In this document: positions 17,440-27,379 of the stretch, piece after piece | How positions within the stretch are numbered: position 1 is the first letter of the stretch | Layout: the number at the start of each line of letters is the position of its first letter | Origin: Gemmatimonadales bacterium | GTDB lineage: Bacteria > Gemmatimonadota > Gemmatimonadetes > Gemmatimonadales > GWC2-71-9 | Assembly (NCBI GenBank): GCA_035501775.1 | Contig: DATJVM010000064.1 | Location: 81,171-145,170 of the forward strand | Direction of reading: 5' to 3' | Length of the DNA stretch: 64,000 nucleotides | Notes under the pieces: generated by a model | Seen by the model: the letters and a program-made list of their open reading frames with translations, nothing else | Database searches by the model: none | Told to the model about the DNA's origin: nothing | Position numbers and translations under genes: made by a program

Positions 17440-18336
17440 ATGGCAGTACCCGTCTTCACGCACCCCGATTGCCTCAAGCACGACCCGGGCCGACACCACC
17501 CTGAAACACCCGCCCGCCTGCAGGCCACGCTGGACCGGCTCGCATCGCTGCCGGTGGCCACGGTGCATCAGGCTCCCGCCGGGGGGCGCGACGAACTGCG
17601 TCTGGTGCATCCCGAGGCGTACTTGGCGCGCCTGGAAGGGATGAGCCGCGCGGGCGGCGGCGAGCTCGATCCGGACACTCCCGTCTGCGCGGCGAGCTGG
17701 GCCGCGGTGCTTGGGGCCACCGGGGCGCTTCGCGCGGCCATCGACGCGGCGCACGCCACCGGAGCGCACGCCTTCGCCGCGATCCGCCCCCCCGGGCACC
17801 ACGCGCTGGAGGCCAACGCCATGGGATTCTGTCAGGTGAACAACGTCGTCGTCGGCGCCCGGCTGGCCCAGCGGCTGGGCCGGAAGCGGGTACTCATCGT
17901 GGATTGGGATGTCCACCATGGGAATGGCACCCAGGCGCTCATGGAGCACGACCCCACGATGCGCTTCGTCTCGCTCCATCAGCACCCCTGGTATCCGGGC
18001 ACCGGCATGGCTGATGAGCGCGGGGTGGGCAATGTGTTCAACGTCCCCCGTGGCCCTGGGGCGCCGGCCGAGCTCTATGTCGAAGACCTGTGGGCCGCCA
18101 TCATCGCGGCGTCGCGCGGCTGGCCTCCCGAGATCGTGCTGATATCGGCCGGATACGACGCGCTGTACGGCGATCCTCTCGGCGGGTTCACCCTGGAGCC
18201 GCCGGACTTTGCCCGACTTACGCTTCGGCTCCGGGAAGAATTCCCGCGCGCCCCGATCGTCGGGGTGCTCGAGGGGGGCTACATTCCTTCGCGCGTGGCG
18301 GAGGGAGTGGCGGAAACGGTTCAGGCCCTCGCATAA
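17440..18336 (+). CDS. Histone deacetylase-family (arginase-fold) deacylase
   Basis: RPPGHHA, MGFCQVNN, DWDVHHGNGTQ and SAGYDA motifs. 298 aa. Confidence 0.9.
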   Translation: MAVPVFTHPDCLKHDPGRHHPETPARLQATLDRLASLPVATVHQAPAGGRDELRLVHPEAYLARLEGMSRAGGGELDPDTPVCAASWAAVLGATGALRAAIDAAHATGAHAFAAIRPPGHHALEANAMGFCQVNNVVVGARLAQRLGRKRVLIVDWDVHHGNGTQALMEHDPTMRFVSLHQHPWYPGTGMADERGVGNVFNVPRGPGAPAELYVEDLWAAIIAASRGWPPEIVLISAGYDALYGDPLGGFTLEPPDFARLTLRLREEFPRAPIVGVLEGGYIPSRVAEGVAETVQALA

Positions 18337-18357
18337 CCCGATTTTGGGGGGAACCCG

Positions 18358-19383
18358 ATGGCGCAGACGCTGCGAATGGACATCGAGATCCTGAGCCTCC
18401 GGACTCGGCATCCGTTCATCATCGCCCGAGGCGGCCAGAGCGAGTACCGCACGGTCTGGGTGCGGCTGCGCGACGGCGATGGGCTGGAAGGCTGGGGCGA
18501 GGCTGCCCCATCGCGCTATTACGGCGAGACCCCCGAAACGGTGCTGGCGGCCCTGGCCGTGTACGGTGGCTCGCTTCCGGCCGATCCGCTGCAGATCGAA
18601 GCAGCAGAGCGCGCCTGGGAGCAGCTGCTGCACCACAACCCCTCGGCGCGTGCCGCTCTCTCCTCGGCGCTCCACGATCTGGCTGGCAAGCGACTGGGGA
18701 TTCCCGTCGCGCGGCTGTTCGGCCTCGATCCCCTGGGCACGCCGCGATCCACCTTCACGATCGGCATCGATACCGCGGACAAGATCCGCCAGAAGGTGGG
18801 CGAAGCCGCCACCTATCCGATTCTCAAGATCAAGCTCGGCAGCGACCGGGACGTGGAGATCCTTCAGACCATCCGCGGGATGACCGACAAGGAGCTCCGG
18901 GTCGACGCGAACGCGGGGTGGACCGTCAAGCAGGCACTGCGCATGCTGCCGGTGCTCAAGGAGTTCGGGGTGACGGTTCTCGAGCAACCCCTGCCGGCCG
19001 AGGACCTGGAGGGCCTGGCCGTGGTCACGCGGGCATCCACGATTCCGGTGATCGCCGATGAGAGCTGCCTGACTGCGACGGACATCCCGCCGTTGGTCGG
19101 CAAGGTAGACGGGATCAATATCAAGCTGGCCAAGTGCGGTAGCCTCCGGGAGGCGCTCCGGATGATCGCGACCGCCCGGGCGCATCACATGATGGTGATG
19201 GTCGGCTGCATGATCGAGAGCTCGATTGCGATCACCGCGGCGGCGCACTTCACTCCACTGGTCGACATCGTGGATCTCGATGGCGCGGCGCTTCTCTCCA
19301 ACGATCCCTTCGTGGGCGCCACCATCGACGGGGGCCAGGTCCGGCTCCCCACCGGTGCGGGTCTCGGCTTGAGCCGACGATGA
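18358..19383 (+). CDS. Dipeptide epimerase (L-Ala-D/L-Glu epimerase-like, enolase superfamily)
   Basis: KIKLG, VDANAGW, LEQPL, IADES and KLAKCGS catalytic/metal motifs of the MLE subgroup. 341 aa. Confidence 0.85.
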   Translation: MAQTLRMDIEILSLRTRHPFIIARGGQSEYRTVWVRLRDGDGLEGWGEAAPSRYYGETPETVLAALAVYGGSLPADPLQIEAAERAWEQLLHHNPSARAALSSALHDLAGKRLGIPVARLFGLDPLGTPRSTFTIGIDTADKIRQKVGEAATYPILKIKLGSDRDVEILQTIRGMTDKELRVDANAGWTVKQALRMLPVLKEFGVTVLEQPLPAEDLEGLAVVTRASTIPVIADESCLTATDIPPLVGKVDGINIKLAKCGSLREALRMIATARAHHMMVMVGCMIESSIAITAAAHFTPLVDIVDLDGAALLSNDPFVGATIDGGQVRLPTGAGLGLSRR

Positions 19384-21791
19384 CGCCCGGCTACGGGCTG
19401 GTGGCTCTTCCGTTGCCGCTGGCTCAGCCCTACACCTACCGCATTCCGGAAAGCCTGGGGGATCGCGCCGTGCCGGGGGCGCGCGTTGTCGTCCCGGTGC
19501 GCCAGCGGGAGATGGTCGGCATCGTGACGGAGGTGGGCGTGCCGGCCCCGGAGCGGGAGACTCGGGCGGTCCTCGCCGCCCCGGACCCTGAACCGGCTCT
19601 CCCCGGCCCGCTGCTCGAGACGGTCCGCTGGATCTCCGGATACTACGGTTCGCCGTTGGGGCTGGCCCTCCGGGCGGCACTGCCGTCCGCCATGTGGGGT
19701 GAATCCCACGTCGTGGCCGTACTCCGAGGCGGCCCGAGCATCGGAGGCGTAGCTGGAGAAGTCCTCGCGGTGCTGGAGCAGAAGGGCGGGGAGGCCCCCG
19801 TTCCGGCGCTCGCCCGCGCGCTTCGAAGGCCGGTGTGGGACGCGGTACACCGCCTGGAACGGGCGGGGCTGCTGGAGCTCCACGTGGTTCCGGTGGACTC
19901 GGGTGCGGCGGTGCAGACGGAGCGCCTCGCGAGGTTGGTCGAGCCCTGGCCCTCGCTCGCCGAGCGGGAGAGGATGTTTCGTCGGAGCCCGGCCCGGCGC
20001 GCGGTGATGGACGCTCTGGAGGAGCTGGGCGGCGCCGCGCCGGTCCGTCACCTGGTGGGGCAGCTGGGGCTGTCCCGGAGCGCCCTCGCTGGCCTCGTCG
20101 ACCGGAGGCTGGTCGAGATCGGCGCCATCGAAACCTCTCGAGATCCCTTTGCTGCCGTCGCGGGCTCGCCGCCGCCCGTCACGCTGACGGGGGCTCAATC
20201 GGTCGCGCGCGAGACCATTCTGGACCTCGCTCCCGGCGGGGGCGCGCTGCTCTTCGGGGTGACGGGAAGCGGCAAGACCCTGGTCTATCTCGAAGTGATC
20301 CGGGAAGCCTTGGCGGCGGGGCGGGGGGCGATCCTGCTCGTTCCCGAGATCGCGCTGACTCCCCAGACCGTGAGCCGAGTGCGGGGGGCCTTCGGCGACG
20401 CGGTTGCGGTGCTGCACAGCGGATTGTCCGACAGCGAAAGGGCCGACCAGTGGCGTCTGCTCCGCCGCGGCGAGCGACGCGTGGCAGTCGGCGCCCGGTC
20501 CGCCATCTTCGCTCCGGTTCGGGAGCTCGGCGTGATCATCCTCGATGAGGAACACGAGGCCAGCTACAAGAACGGCGAGACGCCCCGCTATCACGCCCGC
20601 GACGTGGCCCGGGTGCGGGCCCGGCTCGAGGGCGCGCGCTACGTGCTGGGGAGCGCGACCCCGTCTCCGGAGAGCATGCACCAGGCCGGCAGTCGTCTGG
20701 TCCTGGCGCACCTGCCAGAGCGAGTCGGCACGCAGCCACTCCCGACGGTCGACATGGTCGATCTTCGCACGGCTCCGCGTGTTGCCGAAGCGGGGGCGGT
20801 TCCCTGGTCGGTGGCCTTGGACGAGGCCGTCGTGGCGGCACTCGCCCGCCGGGAGCAGATCCTGCTGCTCCTTAACCGGCGCGGCTACGCCGCCGTCCTG
20901 CAGTGCGTTGACTGCGGGGCGGTGCGGCAATGTCCGCGCTGCAGCATTGCGCTCACCGTCCACCAGGCGCCGGTCGGACTCCGCTGCCACTACTGCGGCC
21001 ACGACGAGCCGTTGCCGGCCAGGTGCGGTGAGTGCGGCGGCGCGGTGCATCGAATGCGCGGGGTTGGAACCCAGCAGGTCGAACGGTTTCTGGCGGGGCG
21101 CTTCGTGGCGGCGCGTCTCGCGCGGATGGATCTCGATACCACGAGCGCCAAGTGGTCGCACCAGGCCATCCTCGACCGCGTCGCCACGGGCGAAGTGGAC
21201 ATCCTCCTCGGCACGCAGATGATCGCCAAGGGCCTCGACTTTCCCAACGTCACCCTGGTGGGGGTGGTCGATGCCGACACCGGCCTCCACCTCCCGGACT
21301 TTCGCTCTGCCGAACGCACCTTTCAGTTGATAGCCCAGGTAGCAGGGCGGGCGGGCCGCGGGCCGGCCGGGGGCCGAGTGGTGGTGCAGACCCGAAGCCC
21401 GCATCATTATGCCCTGGCCGCGGCGGCCCAGCACGACGCGGCTGGCTTCATCGCCCGGGAGCTGGCCGAGCGCCGCGAGCCACCGTACCCGCCCATCACG
21501 GCCCTCGTGAATCTGCTGGTCTCTGGGGAGGACGAGATGCGGGTGTCGGACGCCGCCGGCGAAGTCGGCGCCTGGTGCCGACGGCTCGTCGACGGCCAGC
21601 GCCTCGCCGTCGAGGTGCTCGGACCGGCACCGGCGCCTCTGGCGCGGATCAAATCGCGGTGGCGCTGGCATGTCGTGCTAAGGGGTGCGGGAGAGGAACT
21701 CGGGCGCGTGGTGCGTTACGCGGCGACGCGGCTGCCGCGGCCCGCCGGAGCAAGTGTGAGCATCGACCGAGACCCGATGAGCCTGCTGTAG
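19380..21791 (+). CDS. priA: Primosomal protein N' (replication restart helicase PriA)
   Basis: Walker A GVTGSGKT, a DEEH box, and a Cys-rich zinc region (CVDCGAVRQCPRCSIAL...CHYCG...CGECGG). 803 aa. ATGA overlap with the upstream gene. Confidence 0.95.
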   Translation: MTPGYGLVALPLPLAQPYTYRIPESLGDRAVPGARVVVPVRQREMVGIVTEVGVPAPERETRAVLAAPDPEPALPGPLLETVRWISGYYGSPLGLALRAALPSAMWGESHVVAVLRGGPSIGGVAGEVLAVLEQKGGEAPVPALARALRRPVWDAVHRLERAGLLELHVVPVDSGAAVQTERLARLVEPWPSLAERERMFRRSPARRAVMDALEELGGAAPVRHLVGQLGLSRSALAGLVDRRLVEIGAIETSRDPFAAVAGSPPPVTLTGAQSVARETILDLAPGGGALLFGVTGSGKTLVYLEVIREALAAGRGAILLVPEIALTPQTVSRVRGAFGDAVAVLHSGLSDSERADQWRLLRRGERRVAVGARSAIFAPVRELGVIILDEEHEASYKNGETPRYHARDVARVRARLEGARYVLGSATPSPESMHQAGSRLVLAHLPERVGTQPLPTVDMVDLRTAPRVAEAGAVPWSVALDEAVVAALARREQILLLLNRRGYAAVLQCVDCGAVRQCPRCSIALTVHQAPVGLRCHYCGHDEPLPARCGECGGAVHRMRGVGTQQVERFLAGRFVAARLARMDLDTTSAKWSHQAILDRVATGEVDILLGTQMIAKGLDFPNVTLVGVVDADTGLHLPDFRSAERTFQLIAQVAGRAGRGPAGGRVVVQTRSPHHYALAAAAQHDAAGFIARELAERREPPYPPITALVNLLVSGEDEMRVSDAAGEVGAWCRRLVDGQRLAVEVLGPAPAPLARIKSRWRWHVVLRGAGEELGRVVRYAATRLPRPAGASVSIDRDPMSLL

Positions 21792-21799
21792 GAGGGTGG

Positions 21800-22309
21800 A
21801 TGGCCGAAGAGATCGGAGCCCTCTATTTGCGGGAAGCGACCGAGCGCCTGCGCGCCTACAAGAAGCTGGGCGAGCGGGCGATCGCGCAGGTCTACGACAG
21901 CGGCCTCACCTGGCGGCTCGACCCGGAGTCCAACAGCATCGCGATTCTGGTCAAGCACCTCGCCGGGAACATGCGGTCGCGGTGGACGGGCTTCCTGAGC
22001 TCCGATGGCGAGAAGCCGGACCGTAACCGCGACGCGGAGTTCGAACTCGAGTCCGGGATCACGCGGGAACAGCTCCTCGACTGGTGGGACGACGGCTGGG
22101 CCCGGCTGTTCGAGACCCTCGAGGCGCTCCGCGCCGACGACCTCACGCGCACGGTCATGATCCGCGGGGCGCCCCACTCGGCACTCGAGGCGATCAACGT
22201 CCAGCTCGCCCACTACGCCTACCACGTCGGCCAGATCGTTCAGATTGCCCGGCACCTCGCCGGGCCGGCCTGGAAGACCCTCAGTGTCCCCAGGCGAAAG
22301 CCCTCATGA
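21800..22309 (+). CDS. DinB-superfamily protein (DUF1572-like)
   Basis: 169 aa after trimming ORF 21032..22309 to the ATG at 21800. Four-helix pattern with His residues (LVKHLAGNM ... HYAYHVGQIV) typical of DinB/YfiT-like proteins. Confidence 0.65.
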   Translation: MAEEIGALYLREATERLRAYKKLGERAIAQVYDSGLTWRLDPESNSIAILVKHLAGNMRSRWTGFLSSDGEKPDRNRDAEFELESGITREQLLDWWDDGWARLFETLEALRADDLTRTVMIRGAPHSALEAINVQLAHYAYHVGQIVQIARHLAGPAWKTLSVPRRKPS

Positions 22310-22329
22310 GGTGAGCGCCCGCGCGGCCC

Positions 22330-24480
22330 TCAGGGAAGCGCGGCCCACCCGATCTCCCCCCCCAGGTAGAAATTCCGACCCGGGGACGGCTCAAACACCC
22401 GGCCTGCCGCACCGTTGATCGTGAGCGAGCCCACGTAACGCCTGTCCCAGAGATTGTTCACCGCAACGAAGGGTCGAATCCACGCGCCGCCCGCCCGGCC
22501 TTCCCAGCTCAGGCGGGCGTTGGTCACACCGTTCCCCAGACCGGGCACCTGGCCCTTGGGGGTGGAGCCGAGACCGTCGACGTACAGCGTGTTCTGATCG
22601 TCGGCGTACATGGACGTCGCCATGGTGTGGTCGACGTCCAGCCAGAAGCTAGCAACCGGCCCGGCTCGAAGCCCGAGGCGGACAAAGCCCTTGGGTACGC
22701 CCGGCACCCGCTTCCCGTCGAGCACCGTAGTGGTTGCTCCCGCCACGAGCCGGTAGGTGCCGAAGCGGTAGTTCGAGTAAGTGTAGTTCGCGAAGAGCCG
22801 GAGCTGGTTGATCGGTCGCCCCGTCAAGCCCAGCTCGACTCCGTCGTTCCTCACCTGCCCAGCGTTGGTATAGTAGGAGCGTCCTCCAACCTCCTGATAC
22901 GGAACGATGGCATTGGTGGTCCGATCGATGTAGCCCGTGAGGGTGTAGGTCACGGTGCCGACCGTTCCGCGAACCCCCATCTCGTAGTTGGCGGTGCGCT
23001 GGGGGTTGAGGTCGTTGTTGAACCCGCCGGTGGAGTTGGGCTGGTTTACCAGCTCGGTCGTCGTGGGGGTCTGGAAGCTGGTTGACACGTTGACGTAGGG
23101 GCTGAAGCGCGGATCGGGGACCCAGCTGATGCCCGCGTTCCCGGAGAACGCCGACATCGTCCGCGACCCGCTGTTGTCCACCCCATCGCTCAGGTGATGG
23201 TCTTCGACCACGAAGCGCACTGCGTCGTAGCGGCCGCCCGCCGCGAGGATCAGTTCCTGGACGGGTGAGACGCGAAGTTGGACGAAGGGGCCGACCTCCG
23301 TCACAATCTCGCGCTGATTGAGGATCGAGGTGTCGGGGACGCCGGAGATGGATCGGAAACTGGCGCGATCGTCGCGCTGGCGCTGAACGTCGACCCCGGC
23401 GGTCAATTCGGGGGCCGCCTCGCCATCGCCGAGGTGCTGAATGGTCGAGAGGCGGAGGCCACCCACCTGCCGGTCGATCGTCGTGTAGGTCCCGATGTTG
23501 GGGCCCGGACCGGTGGGCGGAGGCGTGGCCAGAGGGTTGTCGAGATTCCGAAGGACGCCAAAGACCACCGCGTCCCACTGTCCCCGGCTGGTGTGCTGAG
23601 TCAGCGAAAAGGCAAGTTGTCCCTGCGACACCGCTTTGTTCGCCTTGCGGAGGAGGTTGTTCGCCGCCGCCGAGTCTGGGTTAGCGAAGAACTCGGTCTG
23701 GGTCAGCGCCCCGGGGTTATGGGCATTGGGCGCGTCGGTATAGCCGAAGTGAAGCCCCAGGTTGGTCGAGCTCCCGACCACGTAATTACCCGCCAGGCTG
23801 AGTTGCGTGAAATCGGTGCCGCTGTACTGGCGAAAGCCATCCACGTTGGTATGGGAAAGGGAAAGCACCCCGCTCGCGTTCCCCGATCGACCGGAGGTAC
23901 GCTCCGAGATCTTGAAGAGCCCGAAGCTCCCGCCTTCGGCCCGTACCGACTGCGAGAAGGGTCCCGGTGCCGCGCCCTCGGACGTGAGCGAGATGACACC
24001 GCCGGAAGCGTTCCCGTAGAGCGAAGACGCAGCCCCCCGAAGCACTTCGATTCGCGAGATATCACCGTAGTCGACGTTCGTCATCTGACTCTGACCGTCG
24101 GGCAAGGTCTGCGGGACGCCGTCGAGCAGCACCTTGACGCCGCGCAGGCCGAAGTTGGCGCGAATCCCCGCGCCGCGGATGGAGAGTTGCTCGTCGAGGG
24201 AGTAGTTGTAGCGGTTGGCGACGTAGACGCCCGGCAGATTGTTGAGCGCTTCATCGAGGTTGAGCGTCGCCTGGGCGCCCTGGATATCGTGCCGATCCAC
24301 CACGCCGATCGCCGCGGGCACCCGGGCGACGGTCTCCGGGCTCCTGGTCACGGTAACGGTGATCTCGGGGAGCGCGACCCGAGTCGAATCCCGGTGCAGG
24401 GTGTCGCTGACGGTGGGAGCCTGGGCAAGAAGGGCAGGGGCGACCAACGCACTGAGTGCACTGACATACCGCACACGCAT
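22330..24480 (-). CDS. TonB-dependent outer-membrane receptor
   Basis: Signal peptide, plug-domain motifs (ITVTVTR, NNLPGV, IEVLRGAASSLYGNASGGVISL) and a long beta-barrel with alternating pattern. 716 aa. Confidence 0.9.
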   Translation of the reverse strand: MRVRYVSALSALVAPALLAQAPTVSDTLHRDSTRVALPEITVTVTRSPETVARVPAAIGVVDRHDIQGAQATLNLDEALNNLPGVYVANRYNYSLDEQLSIRGAGIRANFGLRGVKVLLDGVPQTLPDGQSQMTNVDYGDISRIEVLRGAASSLYGNASGGVISLTSEGAAPGPFSQSVRAEGGSFGLFKISERTSGRSGNASGVLSLSHTNVDGFRQYSGTDFTQLSLAGNYVVGSSTNLGLHFGYTDAPNAHNPGALTQTEFFANPDSAAANNLLRKANKAVSQGQLAFSLTQHTSRGQWDAVVFGVLRNLDNPLATPPPTGPGPNIGTYTTIDRQVGGLRLSTIQHLGDGEAAPELTAGVDVQRQRDDRASFRSISGVPDTSILNQREIVTEVGPFVQLRVSPVQELILAAGGRYDAVRFVVEDHHLSDGVDNSGSRTMSAFSGNAGISWVPDPRFSPYVNVSTSFQTPTTTELVNQPNSTGGFNNDLNPQRTANYEMGVRGTVGTVTYTLTGYIDRTTNAIVPYQEVGGRSYYTNAGQVRNDGVELGLTGRPINQLRLFANYTYSNYRFGTYRLVAGATTTVLDGKRVPGVPKGFVRLGLRAGPVASFWLDVDHTMATSMYADDQNTLYVDGLGSTPKGQVPGLGNGVTNARLSWEGRAGGAWIRPFVAVNNLWDRRYVGSLTINGAAGRVFEPSPGRNFYLGGEIGWAALP

Positions 24481-24728
24481 CGCGATTCCTCACAAGGATG
24501 GGGGATTTCACCCAAACGACTGGCCAACGGAAGGGGATTGCGCGCGCCATAAGCAGACATCGTGCCCTCGTGGCGAGCGGTGCGGCCCGCTCTGGTGCGG
24601 CGCACGGACCTCGACCTGAATTCCCGGAAGCCCACTCGGGCTGGGTCAAATCCACCAGCGCGGCGTCATATCACCCACTTCATGGCTTGTTCTCCTCCCG
24701 CGCCCGCCCTTAGATTCTGAGCACTCCT

Positions 24729-25817
24729 ATGCCCGTGCAAGACTATTCTGCGCCGGACTTTACGATCCCTGCTCTGGCCAGCGCTCCTCAGGCACGGTTC
24801 GCGGCACTCCCCGCCGACGGCGTACTTCCGGAAGGATTCTTCTCCACGTCCAATCTGCCTACCTACGTCAAGGTCGAATCCGGTTGGGTGCTGCCGACCC
24901 GGCCGAGGATGGACTGCGTGATCGTGCGGCGCGGGCCGACGCTGGAGGTGATCGAGCCGCGCCGGCTGCGACGAGGCGAACAGGTGGCGATGGGGCTGGC
25001 CGAGGACGGTTCCGAGGGCATCTATGTGCACAGCGCCGGATTCTTGGGGGGCGCGCACAGCGCGAACGAGTTCCGGTTCATGTCCTCCGAGGTGAGCCGG
25101 GAACGTCCTGTGGACTACGAGGTCCTGGCGGAACGACTCATCGAGGAGCGGGCGCGGAACGGGTTTCTCATCTGGGTGGCCGGGCCGGCTCTGGTGCACT
25201 CGCGGGCCCGGGGAGACTTCGAGTGGTTCATCCGGAAGGGTTACGTCCATGCCGTCCTGGCCGGCAATGCCGTCGCGGTGCACGACATCGAAGCGGCGAT
25301 CTTCGGCACGACGCTCGGGATGACGAGCTCGGGTCGTCCGACCGACGGGGGCCACGGCTTGCATATGCGGGCCATCAACCAGATCCGGGCCGCCGGATCG
25401 ATCGAGGCCGCGGTGGCCTCGGGGGTGATCACCGATGGCATCATGCACGCCCTGGTGACGCACCGGGTCCCCTTCGTGCTGGCGGGGTCGATCCGCGATG
25501 ACGGTCCCCTGCCGGGCGTCGTCGCCTCGAGCATCGAGGCGCAGGATGCGATGCGCGAGCACACCGCGCGGGCCACCGGCGCGATTCTCATCGCCTCCGC
25601 GCTCCACGCCATTGCCGTCGGAAACATGCTCCCGGCCTACCATACCCACTTCGGCGGGGTCCCCAGGCCCCTGATGACGATCTGCGTGGACCAGACCGAG
25701 TTCGTGGTGAACAAGCTGCGGGACCGCGGGACGCATCAGGCCTACGGGGTGGTGACCAACGCGCAGGACTTCATGCACGTGCTGCGATTCTACGTCGAGA
25801 AAGGTGCCCGGTCGTGA
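24729..25817 (+). CDS. TIGR00300-like protein (LOR/SDH N-terminal-like plus deoxyhypusine-synthase-like fold; archaeal-type ornithine cyclodeaminase family)
   Basis: The segment GPALVHSRARGDFEWFIRKGYVHAVLAGNAVAVHDIEAAIFGTTLG resembles the conserved core of TIGR00300 proteins as I remember it. 362 aa. Needs an HMM check. Confidence 0.5.
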   Translation: MPVQDYSAPDFTIPALASAPQARFAALPADGVLPEGFFSTSNLPTYVKVESGWVLPTRPRMDCVIVRRGPTLEVIEPRRLRRGEQVAMGLAEDGSEGIYVHSAGFLGGAHSANEFRFMSSEVSRERPVDYEVLAERLIEERARNGFLIWVAGPALVHSRARGDFEWFIRKGYVHAVLAGNAVAVHDIEAAIFGTTLGMTSSGRPTDGGHGLHMRAINQIRAAGSIEAAVASGVITDGIMHALVTHRVPFVLAGSIRDDGPLPGVVASSIEAQDAMREHTARATGAILIASALHAIAVGNMLPAYHTHFGGVPRPLMTICVDQTEFVVNKLRDRGTHQAYGVVTNAQDFMHVLRFYVEKGARS

Positions 25818-26197
25818 TCCTCAATCAGCCTGGCTCGGGGTGGGGGCGACTCGCCAGCCATGTCGCCGGGGCGCTGCCCGTGGATGAGATAGACGCGGTC
25901 TGGCAATTCCGCACGATCCGGCGGGACGCGCGGGAGTTCGGCACCGCCCTGCTGTCCCGGCTCGACGGCGAGCAGCAGGAGCGCCGCCGCATCTATACCG
26001 CGCGCTTCGTGCACGTACTCACCGGGAAGGAGCGCGGGAGGTTCGACGCCTGGATCGAGGAGGTCGGAAGCGGACCGGTGACGACGCTCGGCGATCTGCT
26101 TGCCGGGGTCCGCAGACGGCTCGGAGACGAGGACCCCCGGCCGATGGCCGTCCCAGACTGGTTCGCGCCGACCGATGGTGCACCTTCAGACCGCTGA
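25814..26197 (+). CDS. Hypothetical protein (127 aa)
   Basis: GTG start overlaps the upstream stop (GTGA) and the 3' end overlaps the Fur-family gene by 23 nt. No recognisable motif. Confidence 0.4.
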   Translation: MILNQPGSGWGRLASHVAGALPVDEIDAVWQFRTIRRDAREFGTALLSRLDGEQQERRRIYTARFVHVLTGKERGRFDAWIEEVGSGPVTTLGDLLAGVRRRLGDEDPRPMAVPDWFAPTDGAPSDR

Positions 26198-26639
26198 CGG
26201 CGCGGCGCTGCTCGAGCGCTTCCATCAGTTTCTCCGCGACCATCGTCAGCCGGTCACGCGGCAGCGCGACCTGGTGGCGGAAGCGGTGCTGCTCTCCGAC
26301 GATCACCTCTCCGTGGACCAGATCCGGCGCGCGCTCCGGGAGCAGGGGGTGCGGGTCGGCCTCGCCACGATCTACCGGACACTGGATCTCCTGGTCCGGA
26401 GCGGGCTGGTACGGTCACACGATTTCGGACAGGGGTTCCGGCGCTACGAGCCGACCGGACCTCACGCCTATCACCATCATCTGGTCTGCGTGCGCTGCGG
26501 ACGAGTGGAGGAGTTTGCCCACGAGCGCCTGGAACGTCTGCTGCCCATCATCGCGGACGATCACGGCTTCCAGCCCGAGCGGCACCGGGTGGAGATCTAC
26601 GGCGTATGCCGCGAGTGCCGGCGCCGGGTGCTGGGATGA
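26175..26639 (+). CDS. Fur-family metalloregulator (Fur/Zur/PerR type not resolved)
   Basis: Winged-helix segment (SVDQIRRALREQGVRVGLATIYRTLDLLV), a His cluster HAYHHHLVCVRCG, and a C-terminal CRECRRR (two CxxC pairs). Start at ATG 26175. Confidence 0.85.
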   Translation: MVHLQTADGAALLERFHQFLRDHRQPVTRQRDLVAEAVLLSDDHLSVDQIRRALREQGVRVGLATIYRTLDLLVRSGLVRSHDFGQGFRRYEPTGPHAYHHHLVCVRCGRVEEFAHERLERLLPIIADDHGFQPERHRVEIYGVCRECRRRVLG

Positions 26640-27364
26640 GTGAGGCCGCTTCGCTGGGCCTGGCGGTGGCGTTCGCCGCGGGTCTGCTCAGCTTTCTCTC
26701 ACCCTGCGTCCTGCCGCTGGTCCCGTCCTACATCGGGTTCCTCACCGGGCTCTCGCTCGAGGAGATGTCGACGCGGCGGCGGGTGGCGTTCACCCATGCG
26801 CTGGCCTTCGTGGCGGGCTTCTCGCTGGTGTTTCTGCTACTCGGCGCCTCGGCAACCGTGTTGGGCCGGTCGCTCAACTATCACCGGGTCTGGCTGGAGC
26901 GGATCGGCGGTGTCCTGATCATCCTCTTTGGGCTGGTCTGCCTCGAGGTGATTCGCATCCCGGCATTGCTCGCCGAGCGCCGCGTCCACCTGCAGAACAA
27001 GCCGGTAGGCTACCTGGGCTCGATCGTGGTCGGCATGGCCTTCGCGGCCGGGTGGACTCCCTGCATTGGCCCCATTCTCGGCGGCATCTTCACCCTGGCG
27101 TCCGCCACCGACACGGTGGGGCGGGGCACCGCGCTGCTGGGCGCCTATTCCGCGGGCCTGGCCATCCCGTTCCTCCTCGCGGCCTGGGCCGTGGACCGGT
27201 TCCTCGGGTGGTTCCAGCGGTTCCGTCGCTATCTGCCATGGGTAATGCGGGCCAGCGGGGTGCTGCTGGTGGTGGTGGGACTGCTGCTCGTCAGTGGGGA
27301 GTTCACGCGGCTCGCGAGCTGGCTCCAGGCCATCACCCCCGCTGGACTGCTCAATCGCCTTTGA
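26636..27364 (+). CDS. ccdA: Cytochrome c biogenesis / thiol-disulfide transporter CcdA (DsbD transmembrane family)
   Basis: LSFLSPCVLPLVPSYIGFL and AGWTPCIGPILG, the two conserved Cys-containing TM motifs. ATGA overlap with the Fur-family gene. Confidence 0.85.
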   Translation: MSEAASLGLAVAFAAGLLSFLSPCVLPLVPSYIGFLTGLSLEEMSTRRRVAFTHALAFVAGFSLVFLLLGASATVLGRSLNYHRVWLERIGGVLIILFGLVCLEVIRIPALLAERRVHLQNKPVGYLGSIVVGMAFAAGWTPCIGPILGGIFTLASATDTVGRGTALLGAYSAGLAIPFLLAAWAVDRFLGWFQRFRRYLPWVMRASGVLLVVVGLLLVSGEFTRLASWLQAITPAGLLNRL

Positions 27365-27379
27365 GGAGGCAACCCGCTC

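Noticed and set aside
17359-19680. 773-aa minus-strand ORF spanning the HDAC-like and epimerase genes
   Set aside because: Its product is Arg/Pro/Gly-rich with no motifs, while the opposite strand encodes two proteins with clear family signatures. This is a typical stop-poor antisense frame of high-GC DNA.
19185-21671. 828-aa minus-strand ORF antisense to priA
   Set aside because: Same reasoning. PriA on the + strand has Walker A, DEEH and zinc-finger motifs, and the antisense product has low-complexity composition.
24481-24728. Possible cobalamin riboswitch in the TonB-dependent receptor leader (GGGAA...GGTC, GCCAC and GGGTGAAATCCCC strings on the minus strand)
   Set aside because: The fragments occur in the wrong order relative to the cobalamin riboswitch consensus. 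No B12 box (AGYCMGGAGACCKGCC-like) is present. The GGTGAAATCC-like string sits next to the start codon instead of in the 5' core. An Infernal scan would settle it.
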